The position numbers and the translations under genes are program-made. 64,000 bases of DNA, taken from the NCBI RefSeq assembly GCF_020745735.1, contig NC_083409.1, forward strand, positions 47,822,048 to 47,886,047, read 5' to 3'. Of the stretch, positions 1 to 10,475 are shown one piece after another. Position 1 is the first letter of the stretch; every line of letters starts with the position of its first letter. The notes below the pieces were generated by a model. That model saw only the letters and a list, made by a program, of their open reading frames with translations. It did no database searches and was not told the origin of the DNA. This DNA is from Hemiscyllium ocellatum. Taxonomy: Eukaryota.

Positions 1-570
1 CTCTGGTATGACCCCAGAATCCAGGGCAGGTTCAAAATTTATTGCCAGTGTTTGTGTAATTTCCACACTCACTACCTTCAATAGTCTTTGCTGCAACAGT
101 AACTACCAACATCATATCCAACAGCTCTTTCTTGTCTATTTTAAACCTTTCCAAAAATGAATTTCTTCCTCTGACACTATGGGCTGGTCGGCATTTGCCT
201 CTTTGGTAAAGACAGATGCAAATTATTCACTTATACCTCAGTCATGCCTCTTGCCTTCATGTTTAAATCCCCTTTTTGGTCCCTAACGTGCCATTGTTGT
301 AATTCATTCATGGGATATGGGTATTATTGGCTCAGCCAGAATTTATTTCCCATCCCTAATTGCCCTGAGGACAGTTAAGAGTCAATCACATTTTACCACC
401 CTTTTACTATTGAAGTGCTTTAGAGAAAACTTTGGGATTTCCCATTATGTTAAATACCAGTCTTTACTCAGAATCCTCGAGTAAAAAATGAGGTCTGCAG
501 ATGCTGGAGATCACAGCTGCAAATGTGTTGCTGGTCAAAGCACAGCAGGCCAGGCAGCATCTCAGGAATA

Positions 571-610
571 GAGAATTCGACGTTTCGAGCATAAGCCCTT
601 CATCAGGAAT
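571..610 (-). ncRNA. Minimal type I hammerhead ribozyme motif (copy 1)
   Basis: Minus strand reads AUUC-CUGAUGA-A-GGGC-UUAU-GCUC-GAAA-C-G-UC/GAAU. It has both core boxes, stem II GGGC/GCUC, stem I AUUC/GAAU, a GUC cleavage triplet, and palindromic ACGU in place of stem III. Confidence 0.7.
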
Positions 611-611
611 T

Positions 612-789
612 CGAGTAAAAAATGAGGTCTGCAGATGCTGGAGATTTCGAGTAAAAAATGAGGTCTGCAGATGCTGGAGATTCCGAGTAAAAAATGAGGT
701 CTGCAGATGCTGGAGATTTCGAGTAAAAAATAAGGTCTGCAGATGCTGGAGATTCAAGTAAAAAATGAGGTCTGCGGATGCTGGAGATT
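612..789 (+). repeat. Five tandem copies of a 35-36 bp unit (CGAGTAAAAAATGAGGTCTGCAGATGCTGGAGATTT)
   Basis: Units start at 612, 648, 684, 720 and 755, and match the element terminus at 478-511. Confidence 0.95.
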
Positions 790-826
790 CCTGATGAAGG
801 GCTTATGCTCGAAACGTCGAATTCTC
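787..826 (+). ncRNA. Minimal type I hammerhead ribozyme motif (copy 2)
   Basis: ATTC CTGATGA AGGGC TTAT GCTC GAAAC GTC GAAT; predicted cleavage after C818. Confidence 0.7.
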
Positions 827-896
827 TATTCCTGAGATGCTGCCTAACCTGCTGTGCTTTGACCAGCAACACATTTGCAGCTTTACTCAGAATCCT

Positions 897-1455
897 TCCT
901 TGCTTCTCTTATTTGCTTATTCACATCCTGTCTGTAGTCAGCTTGCTCCTCAATTGTATTTTCCACTTAATACCGGACATTAACAGACATTTCCTTCTTT
1001 AACTTAATTTCTACTTTCTTTATCATTCAGGGAGTTCTATCTTTCCATTTTGAGGCAGCATATGCTGACTGTGCTTAAATCATCTCCTTTTTGAAGGTAG
1101 CCCATTGATCAGTTACTTTATTTCCTGCCAAGCCTTCACAGCGATCTATCAGGCCCAGTTCTGTTCTTGCCCCATTGAAGTCCACCACTTGCCAGTTGAT
1201 GATTCGCAATCTGATTGACCAGTGTAATTTTCTAGCATCATCCTAAGCCTTACAATACAATGATCACTGTCCCCTAAATAATCCCCCATTGTCACTTGAC
1301 CTAAATGGCTCACCTCAATCCCAAGAAACAGGTCTAACAGTGCCTCCTTTCTTGTTGGACTGGACACATCCTGCTGTAGGAAATTCTCCTGAACACTATC
1401 TAAGAACGTCTGTCCCTCGCTGCACCTTACACTTCCACTATCCCCAGTCTATATA
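897..1455 (-). mobile_element. Decayed CR1-type LINE ORF2 fragment (endonuclease region); related decayed sequence also at ~1-460 and ~1905-2200
   Basis: ORF 1149-1367 SPTRKEALLDL...GDYLGDSDHCIV matches the AP-endonuclease C-terminal SDH motif. Confidence 0.65.
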
Positions 1456-1698
1456 ACTGGTAATTAGTGAGTTCTGTTGGCAAACCAGTTGGAAGGCTGG
1501 TTTGCAACGTACAATGATGACAACAGCATGAGTTCATTTCCCACACCAAGCTGAGGTTACCTTGGAAGACTCTCCTTCTCAACCTCACCTCTTACCTGAG
1601 GCATGGTGACCCTCAGGTTGAAATGCCCCAAGTTGTTTCTCTCTAAGGAGAACTGCCCTATGGTCTGATCTGACTATGGTGACCACTTTTTACTGGTA

Positions 1699-1904
1699 GT
1701 CATGTTGTGGAGGACTGGGCTGTACAAGATCAGAAGTTACACGACACCAGGTTAGAGTCCAACAGGTTTGTTTGAAATCACAAACTTTCAGAGTGCAGCT
1801 CTTCATCAGATCACTTCACCTAATAAGGAGCAACGCTCTGAAAGCTTGTGATTTCAAAAAAAAATCTGTTGGACTATAACCTGGTGTGATGTGACTTCTG
1901 ACCT
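1699..1904. mobile_element. Fold-back element of a second Penelope pseudo-LTR family, with degenerate hammerhead motifs
   Basis: Inverted arms ~1731-1810 / 1820-1900 (cagaag..acaccaggtt..gtccaacag vs ctgttggactataacctggtgt..cttctg). 14-bp TSD ACTTTT(T/C)ACTGGTA at 1685-1698 / 1905-1918. Confidence 0.7.
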
Positions 1905-3869
1905 ACTTTTCACTGGTAATTAAAGACCCCATTCTAACTACTCTGTGATGTTTACACTACAGTAATTTCTTTGTTCCTCTTTCTGATTTGTTCCTCCAGA
2001 GCCTTCCTACTAATTGGCAGTCTACAGTGTACACAAATCAAAATAACTGCATCCTTCTAATTCTTTAATGTAGCCACATTGATTCTTCACTGAACCCTCT
2101 GGGACATCCAGGTTTTCCAGTACTACAATGCTTTCCTTAAACAAAAGATACAGTTCTTCTTCTTGTTTTCTTTCCTATCTTTTCTAAGCACTTTGTTACC
2201 GGGAATATTTAACTCTTAGAATTATCTAATTCCCTTTTGAAAGCCTTGATTGAACCTACATATACCACACATGCTGTACATTCTAGTTCCTACTCTCTTG
2301 CCATGTTCTTGATGCTTTCATGAGTGGAAACACTCCCTATCTAGTCTTTCCAGAGTTCTCATGATTTGAATTTCTCTGTCGAATCTCTCAGCCTTCTCAT
2401 CTGCAATGTAAATAGTCCCAACTTTTCTGATGTGAAGTTCCTCACAATTATTTTCATGAATCTCTTCTGCATTCTCTCCAATGCCTTCACATCTCTCGTA
2501 AAGTTGGTGCATATGACAACATAAAATACCCCAGTTGATGTCAAACCAATGTTTTATGCAGCTATACCATCACCTTCTTGCTATTTTATTCTACACCCTA
2601 GTTAATTAAGTCAAGGATATTGTATGCTTTATTAACAGTACTCTCAACCTTCCGGGCCACCTTCAATGACTCATGGCCGGGTCTTTCTGTGCTCCCTTTA
2701 GAATTGTGGCTTTTATTCTGTATTGTCTCTTCATGGCCCTCCTACCAATGTTCATCACCACACACCACTCCACACAGAGCTTCACCTCTCACTTGTAAGG
2801 CGATACCCAACTTCACTGTCTTTTCAAAGTTCTCTTCACAGTTTACAATGCTTCCATGCTTCAAGTTATCCACAAATTTTGAAACTGTGTTCTGTACACC
2901 GAGGTTTAAGTCATAAGATTATAATGCCTCTTCCATTATTTTATATCTGCCACTGCTGAAACACATTCAGGTTTTGGTCACCCCTGTTTCCAAACTCTCC
3001 ACAGCAGCAGAACCAAATATGGCTCTGCACAAAGCAGGTTAAAATCCCCTGCTGCACCAAGCCATTTTGGCCCATGGGTATCACCACTGGTATCCATCCC
3101 AGGTGTACTGAGTACAAGTTCCTTGTCCCTCCCAGGGACAGGCCCCACCCAGTCATTCAATCCTACACCTGAGCATTCAGCCTTCACTCTCTGGCCCCCT
3201 GTGCATCATAGTACATTGCTGGTGACAGAATTTATATTGACCTACCCAAACCTTCCTGGCTTCAAATAGCTACCCCTTAAACAATGCTTCCAGTCATCTT
3301 CTAGACACTATCTGTTTTTTCTGTGAAATCTGTGAGAATAATTATTAAAAATATATGAATATGGTTATTGAAAATTTTAAAAAATTAAGTTCTGGCAGTA
3401 ATATAATTTCCATGGTCAGTCCTATAAACTTCATTCAGTGATGATTTCAGTGACGACAGCACAGTTGGCACTTATGAATATTCAGTGCTGCTACTGAACT
3501 CCTCATTTGCAACTCCTCTGGGATTTTCTACATTGAACTGAAAAGGTTATCTTCAGGTTATTTCTGGACTCCCTTTTCTTTTTTTTAAAAAGACTTTTCA
3601 TAAAAGGGAACAATGCATCCCATGAGACTGGGCTGACCCTGTTGTCTTTTTCAGGATCGCTCCTACTCACTTTCCACATCACATTTTTAAATCATTGCCC
3701 AAATACAAGTGTTTGATTTAATGTTTACTCAATTTTTTTTGTAGCTATGTGTTGGAGTTAATTTCAATAACATTTTGTCCTGTATAGGAGTAGGGGAGAG
3801 ACCTTTGGAACTTGGAGATCTTCCAATATGCTATCCTCTGTAAATGTGAGGTCACTCAAAAGTCTGTTG

Positions 3870-4290
3870 CAAAAGTACATCTCTTAACTTGCACCAAGTC
3901 CCATTCCCTTATCACTTCTCATTTAGTGAGCTACATTATCTCTTGGTCAAAAAATGCCTCAATTTTAAAAGTCACAATCTCATTTTCAAATCCCTCCGAA
4001 GCCTCACCCCTCCTCATCTCTGTAATCCCCTTCAATCTCACAACCCTCCGAGATTCCTATATTCCTTTAATTCTGGCTGATTAAACATCTGCAATTTTAA
4101 TTGCTCCACCATCAGTCAATTGCATCGGTCCTAAGCTCTTGAATATCTGCCCCACACCCCTTCACCTCGTCTTCATCTGACCTATCACTTCCTGATGAGC
4201 CTCAGTCACATTTTGTTTAATAATGCTCCAATTAAGCAATTTCGGACATTTCATTATATTAAAGATATTACTATAAACATTAGTTGCTGT
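3870..4290 (+). mobile_element. L2-type LINE 3' fragment (decayed)
   Basis: Similar to other copies in the window (48360-48730 -, 58600-59030 +); recognised from its typical 3'-end wording. Confidence 0.45.
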
Positions 4291-4437
4291 TGTCGATGCT
4301 GAAAACCTTAAAGCCTCACACTCTGCCAAATTATCAAGGGCTGAAACTCACTTAGCTTTCATGGAGCAGACCACATTTTATACTTAAATAAAAACGCCAA
4401 TGAATGCACAATGGACTGGACCTGTAATTCTATCGGG

Positions 4438-4531
4438 AATGCATGTGTTACCATCAGTACTGTCAAACAATCAGAATGCACCCCCAGTAATGGCCTATTG
4501 ACACTTTATGGGTAGTCAGTGAGTCACATAA
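4438..4531 (+). repeat. 94-bp direct repeat, copy 1
   Basis: 93/94 identical to 5408-5501. Confidence 0.95.
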
Positions 4532-5407
4532 CCACATAAAACTCTCCACATTCACTAATGCAGCTATGGAGTGAATCTATAATCAGACAACAATAATTGC
4601 TGTACAGTTCTTATCAATGCTGTAATGCATTATCATAAGAGATATTTGATATTCATGACAGAGCTCCAATAACCAGAGAATGAGGGACTTGTAGAAACAT
4701 TATATTATATAAATCAAGATGAAATGAAGAAATGTGCTCCAAGAAGTAATATACGAGCAATTAAAAACATCAGTCTGCAAGGGAGATTACAGTTTCCAGA
4801 ATGCCAAGGACTTAGCATGAAGTAAAAGAAATGACTGCACATATCGTAAAAAGCACCATCAGCAACTCATATTTACATGGCACCTTTAACATTAATTTCT
4901 AAGATACTTTACAGAAGATTATAGTGCAAAATCTGATGCTGAGCCAGCCAGATAAGGTAACGTTAAGGAGGCTGGATTAAAGAAACAGGGAGAGTTTAAA
5001 TAAAGACTTAGACTTGAGGAGACTTAGGAGTGAATTTCAGAGCTTAAGCACAGAGCAACTGAAGGAATGGTCACCAATAGTGCAGCAATTAAAATTAAAA
5101 ATGCTCAGGATGTTACAAATAGAGGCTTGTTGATAGCCTGATGGTTGTGGAGCTGCAGGAATTTACAGAAAAGGGAAAAGTGAGGCCTTTGGGCAGATTT
5201 GAAAACAAGAATGAGTAATTTAAAATCAAGTTCGCAGGAGTCAGTGTGGGCTAAAAAACATGAGTGAAAAGAATATAGGCAGCAGATATTTGGAAGGTCT
5301 TATGTTTACTGTAGGTAGAATGTGGAAAGCTGATCAGGAGTGCAGCAGAACAGTGTTATCTGGAGATATTCAGCTGCAGAAAGGCTGTGAAAGGAATGGA
5401 GTCAGAT

Positions 5408-5501
5408 AATGCATGTGTTACCATCAGTACTGTCAAACAATCAGAATGCACCCCCAGTAATGGCCTATTGACACTTTACGGGTAGTCAGTGAGTCACATA
5501 A
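5408..5501 (+). repeat. 94-bp direct repeat, copy 2, lying inside a decayed L2-like fragment (~4860-5740, -)
   Basis: 93/94 identical to 4438-4531; junction microduplication ATAATGTG-ATAATGTG. Confidence 0.9.
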
Positions 5502-5813
5502 TGTGATAATGTGACAGAGAAATAGACGGTTTTAGAGATTGCGGTTAAGATGTAGTCAGAGGCTTGTCTTGGAGTCACATTTGTCACCAAAATTGTGAAT
5601 AGTCTACAGTACATCAGAGTCAGACAGTTGCCATGGAAAAAGATAGAGTTGGTTGCTCGAGAATGGAGTTTGTATTGGAGAGAAAGACAATGGTTTTGAT
5701 GAAATACATTACAGTGTATGACTTATTATGGGAGGAAGAAATATCCTGTGGGGCTTCACTCAACAAGGTTTCCTGCACACTTCAATTTGCCCCTTGTTTA
5801 TTTTTGAAAGGTT

Positions 5814-7562
5814 TTTTTTGTAGATATTTTTATTGAAATTTAACATTTTTGCAAATTTACAAAAATAAACAAAACTCTCAAATACAAACATTGATGTACA
5901 ATTAAATCATATATACAATAGTCATAATTTAACAAAGAAAAGAGAAAGAAAACAAAAAAAGAAAAAAAGAAACGAAAAAAGAAAGAAAAAAAACCTCAAC
6001 TTTCTACTAATCTAACCTATAACTAACCAGAGTGTATACCTAAGTCTCTTACATGCTCGGAATGTATAAACATCAAATATAATAAAACCCGTATTCGCGC
6101 AGGATTCCTCTCCCAAGGGGCCCCGGAGCAGCCCGGTCTGAAATCTTCACTAAATAAAAGCCCTTGTTAGGATAGCCGAAATATCTGCATTTATATAATT
6201 CAAAAAGGGCTGCCATATTTTATAAAATAATTCAGTCTTTCGGTGCAACATATTTGTGAGGAAGTCAAGGGGGATATATTCCATAATTAATCTGTGCCAA
6301 TTTGAAAGTCCAGGGGGGCCCTCAGCCACCCAGTTCACCAAAATATTTTTCCTTGCACAGAAAGAGAGAATAGAAAATAGTCTCTTCCCATGCATATCCA
6401 GAGATGAGAGGTTCGAAAAGCCCAAAAGGAGAGATACAGGGTCCACCCTAATTTCCGTTCCTAAAATTTCTGTCAGGGTATTTGCCACTTTAGTCCAGTA
6501 TCTGCGGATTTTCTGACAAGTCCACAGACAATGTACAAGAGTACCCACCTCTATTTTGCATTTAGGACACATTGGAGATGCTCCTGCCTTAAATTTTGCC
6601 AGTCGAGCCGGAGCTATATGGGCCCTATGAAGTATCTTTAGTTGGATAGCCTGAGTTCTGTTACAGATAGCAATTCTTCTAGCATTTTCCCAAATGTCAT
6701 TCCACATATCCTCAGAGATTTCTAGCCCCAAGTCCTGCTCCCATGTTTTAAGCAGGTCATCCATGTCTCCTGAGACTCCATCATGTAGCAAATGGTATAT
6801 AGTACTAATGGAGGATGCCCCCGCTGGTCGTAAGACATTACGTTCTCTGTCTGATTTATAAAGACTATCTATTAATGTAGTCTTCCTCTGTATATAATCT
6901 CGAACTTGGAAGTATCGAAAGAGATCCCCATTAGGTATTCCGAATTTCAGACGCAGCTGCTCAAAGGACATCAGGATCCCATCTTTAAATAGGTCCCCTA
7001 AGCATGAGATGCCCCTGGATCTCCAGAGTTTAAAGGTGGCATCTGTAATCCCCGGTTGGAATCCCCATGCGCCTACTATTGGTGCATGGGGGGATGTTTT
7101 ATGTGAGTTACCCTCATTTTGCCGCATTATATTCCAGGCCTTAATTGTGTTTAATATTATGGGATTTTTACAGTGGTCTGTAATGATTTTCCTCTTATCT
7201 GAAAATAAAAGGTTAATAAGTGGGTATTTTACTTGGGAGGCTTCGATATCCAGCCAAATTGATTGTGCTATGTAACTTAGTAGGGAGCTTAACTGATATT
7301 TCCTAAAGTCTGGGAAGTCCAGTCCTCCCCTTGCCTGTGGAAGCTGTAGCTTCTTCAGCTTAATAAGGGGCCGTCTATGGTTCCAAATAAAGGAGCCCAA
7401 CCAGCCATATAATTTACGTAGGGCTAGCCTTGGCAGCATCAGCGGGAGCATTCTCATAGGATATAAGAGACGGGGCAGAACATTCATTTTAATTAATGCT
7501 ATTCTCCCTAGCCAGGAAATCGGAAGGTCTCTCCATCGCTGGAGGTCCTGCCTTATTATTTC
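5814..7562 (-). mobile_element. Young 5'-truncated L1-clade LINE (ORF2 C-terminal third, 3'UTR, polyA)
   Basis: Uninterrupted 476-codon frame 6150-7580 with WLGRIALIKMNVLPRLLY, GGLDFPDF and the CCHC knuckle CPKC...HCLWTC. AATAAA on - at ~5829-5834 followed by a short A-tail. TSD TGAAAGGTT at 5805-5813 / 7563-7571. Confidence 0.9.
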
Positions 7563-7854
7563 TGAAAGGTTAACAATCAAACAGCAACAAAGAATTGGTG
7601 GACCAAAAAGACAGAAGTTCTGATAATATTAAAGTCGTAAATTATTTAACTTTTGGCAGGGGGCTTAGAAGAAGCAGGGAGCTGGAAATGGTGTTTCCCT
7701 GAGTTTTGGACAGGGAGTTTGTGATTTGCAATCAACTTACACTGCTTTAAATCGAGGGAGGAAGAACGCAGTTTTTACCGACTCACTTCAGTTGACTGAA
7801 ATAGCACGGGCCAACCCACTACTTTGTTGATCTCCATGTTGCCTCCTGTCTTTG

Positions 7855-10183
7855 CATACCGTGCAGTTAGATGAGGATTCCCAAAAGTATGCTACAATTA
7901 ATACCCAAAAGGATTCGTACCAATATACAAGACTGCCATTTGGAGTGTTGTCAGATGGGGAACATTTTACAAAGTCTACCCCAGGTTGACATTTATCTGC
8001 TATTGAAAAACCTCCAGCCTTAGAAATAGTCTCACAGTCAAGACTTAGCCTTTAGGGAAGTGAAGAAGCAGTTATCATCATGTAAGGTATTAGCACACTG
8101 TGGTCCCAAGTAAGATCTGGTGCTGAGATGCAATGCTTCCCTGTATGGTATTGGGGTAGTGTTGACTCATAGATGGCCCAATGGAGAGAAACGCTCAATA
8201 GTGTATGCTTCCCAAGCTTTGGCTGATGCAAATACGCCCACATACAGAAAGAAGGCTTGGCAGCCATCTTTGGAGTGAGAACATTACACCAATACTTTAT
8301 GGGTGTAAATTTGTAATAGTAACAGACCACAACCCCTGCTAGGGCTACTTAAAGAGAACAATGGCATGCCACCCATAGTTTCAGATCAACTTCAGTAGTG
8401 GGCTTTCAGTTTAAGTGCATACAATTACAAGTTAGAACACCGTCTGGGAGGCCAAGTAACAAATGCGATGCTTTCAGCCACATCCTGCTGGCAGATACAC
8501 CACCAGTGGTGATGCCGCTTGAGGAGTCTGTTCTGGCGTTAAACTTTTTGGACACTTTTCCAGCCACCACTGACAATATCAGACTGTGAATGGTAAAAGG
8601 TCCAGTCCTGGCAAAACTAAAACAGCGGGTGGTGATGGGGGAAACAAAACAGCCATCACAACCAGAATTGAAACCTTTCTGGACCCAGCAAAACCGGATC
8701 ACAGTAGAGGTCGGCATATTATTATAGGGAACAAGAGTGACCATCCCGAGCAAAGGTCACCACCAGATACTGGCCGAACTCAACCAGAGTCATCCAGGGA
8801 TGTTCAAAATGAAGATGTTGGTGCGATGTTATGTCTGGTGGCCAAAACTGGATGCTGACATAGCCAAGTTGGTGGGACAGTGATCAGAGTGCAACAAAGG
8901 CAAAAATTATCGCCAGCAGCTCTCCCACATTTGTGGGAATGGCTGGGTAAGGCCTAGACTCAGTTACACATTGACTATGCAGGTCTTTTCATGGGCTCAA
9001 TGTTCTGAGTCATTCTGGATACCTACTCAAAGTAGCTAGACATTCATCAAGTTCATTTGTCAAACGCAGGGACTGTAGAAAAGCTGCAAGCAACATTTGC
9101 AATACACGAGCTCCTGAAATTGTTGGTCACAGACAACTGGCCATCATTTACTAGCAGGGATTTCAAGTATTTCCTACAGTTGAATGGCATTCAGCATATA
9201 AAGACAGCTCCATACCATCCATCTGGTCTGACAGAAAGAGCAGTCCAAACTTTGAAGGCAGGCTTAAAGAAACAGCCTACAGCTTTGCCAGATACCAAAT
9301 TGTCCCCGCTCCTACCAGATTATCGGACCACCCCTCATGAAACTATAGGGACAGCTCCAGCAGAGTTGCTAATGCGGAAAAGATTCTGCACCAGGTTAAA
9401 TCTGATCTTCCCAGACTGGGAGGGAAGTGGTAAAACGGCATCAGGAACATCAATGTCTGGTACAAGATTCCTCTCAGCAAAAGAGACAGTTTACTTCAGT
9501 CATCCCCTGAAATTTGGTGCTGAAACCACAGAAATAGCCCTGAATGGGTATGAAGCATGGTCGATGCAAGGTCAGGTTCTGTGATGTACAAAGTTCACAT
9601 AAGGAAGGCGGTCCTGCACAAACACATGAGTAACATGAAATCTGCAAACGGAACATAACCAGCCTCTTAAAACATCTGGGAAGGCTGTCAGAACCCATGG
9701 CTTCTCCCCCTCCATCTAGCATCGAAGAAACCTCAGAGTCTGAGGTGGACACGGCAGCTTCGACGCCTTTACTGCCTGAAGAAGAGGATAAATTTCTTCT
9801 GAGACACTCCGGGACCAAGAACGTGCTACAGTCCAGTACTTGCCACTTTTTGGCTGAGTCAGAGGAATCAGAACCGATGTGAAAACACCCAACAGAGGCT
9901 ACAAGAAAAAGAATAGGCCAGCAACCCCAGTCTTACAGACGGAGGAACATAGTATGGTAACAAGATCAGCCAGGGTGGGCCTTATAGAATATATGTTCCT
10001 TGACTGGGGCTTTTAATCTAGTCCAATCAGCGATCCCTGGTTGACAGAGATAAACAGGAATGTCAGAGGTTCTATTCACTATGAAAGCTGGCTCTGAGGA
10101 AACTGGAGCAGTGTCAAGTGCTATGCATGTGTGAATAAAGGGTGACTTGGTTACGGGAATGCAGCCTCTCTGGAATTATTTCA
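7855..10183 (+). mobile_element. Decayed Ty3/Gypsy LTR retrotransposon (pol remnant + 3' LTR)
   Basis: RT motif YQYTRLPFGV (~7915-7950), RNase H IVTDHNP (~8315), integrase HHCC region (~8790-8895) and core LVTDN..HIKTAPYHP..TERAVQTLK (ORF 9057-9584). Purine tract ~9938-9947; LTR ~9948-10183 with AATAAA, ending TTTCA. Many stops and frameshifts. Confidence 0.85.
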
Positions 10184-10475
10184 CAAACAATGCATCTTTA
10201 AGTGTCCATTGTTCAAACATGATGTGGACAATCAGAATAATTTGTTGAAATTATTTAGTGACCTAAGCAGAAATGGATACTTCCTTTAATTGTCCCACAC
10301 CCATGCAAAAAAAATCTCTAGAAAGAAATAAACAAAACAAAATTGCCGCATGTCAAGTAATCAGAATCCAGGATTAAAACAGCTATCAATAATAGATATA
10401 CTTTGTAAGAGAGCACATTATGGAGCCCAGATCTGTCACACCCACATACATGATTCAGGTTTGATTTTTAAAAAA

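Larger units (their letters stand above)
478..880. mobile_element. Penelope pseudo-LTR-derived short fold-back element with two inverted hammerhead motifs and an internal 36-bp tandem array
   Basis: Perfect 16-bp TSD CTTTACTCAGAATCCT at 462-477 and 881-896. Inverted arms 515-610 / 787-882 (94/96 identical). The same sequence family terminates the GIY-YIG Penelope remnant at ~29640-29722. Confidence 0.8.

Noticed and set aside
612-789. CRISPR-like array of 36-bp repeats
   Set aside because: No spacers, no cas genes, eukaryotic context; it is a tandem repeat of a retroelement terminus.
464-1002. Short repetitive ORFs (NLQHLQTSFFTR, PDEGLMLETS)
   Set aside because: Translations of the tandem repeat and pseudo-LTR; no coding signature.
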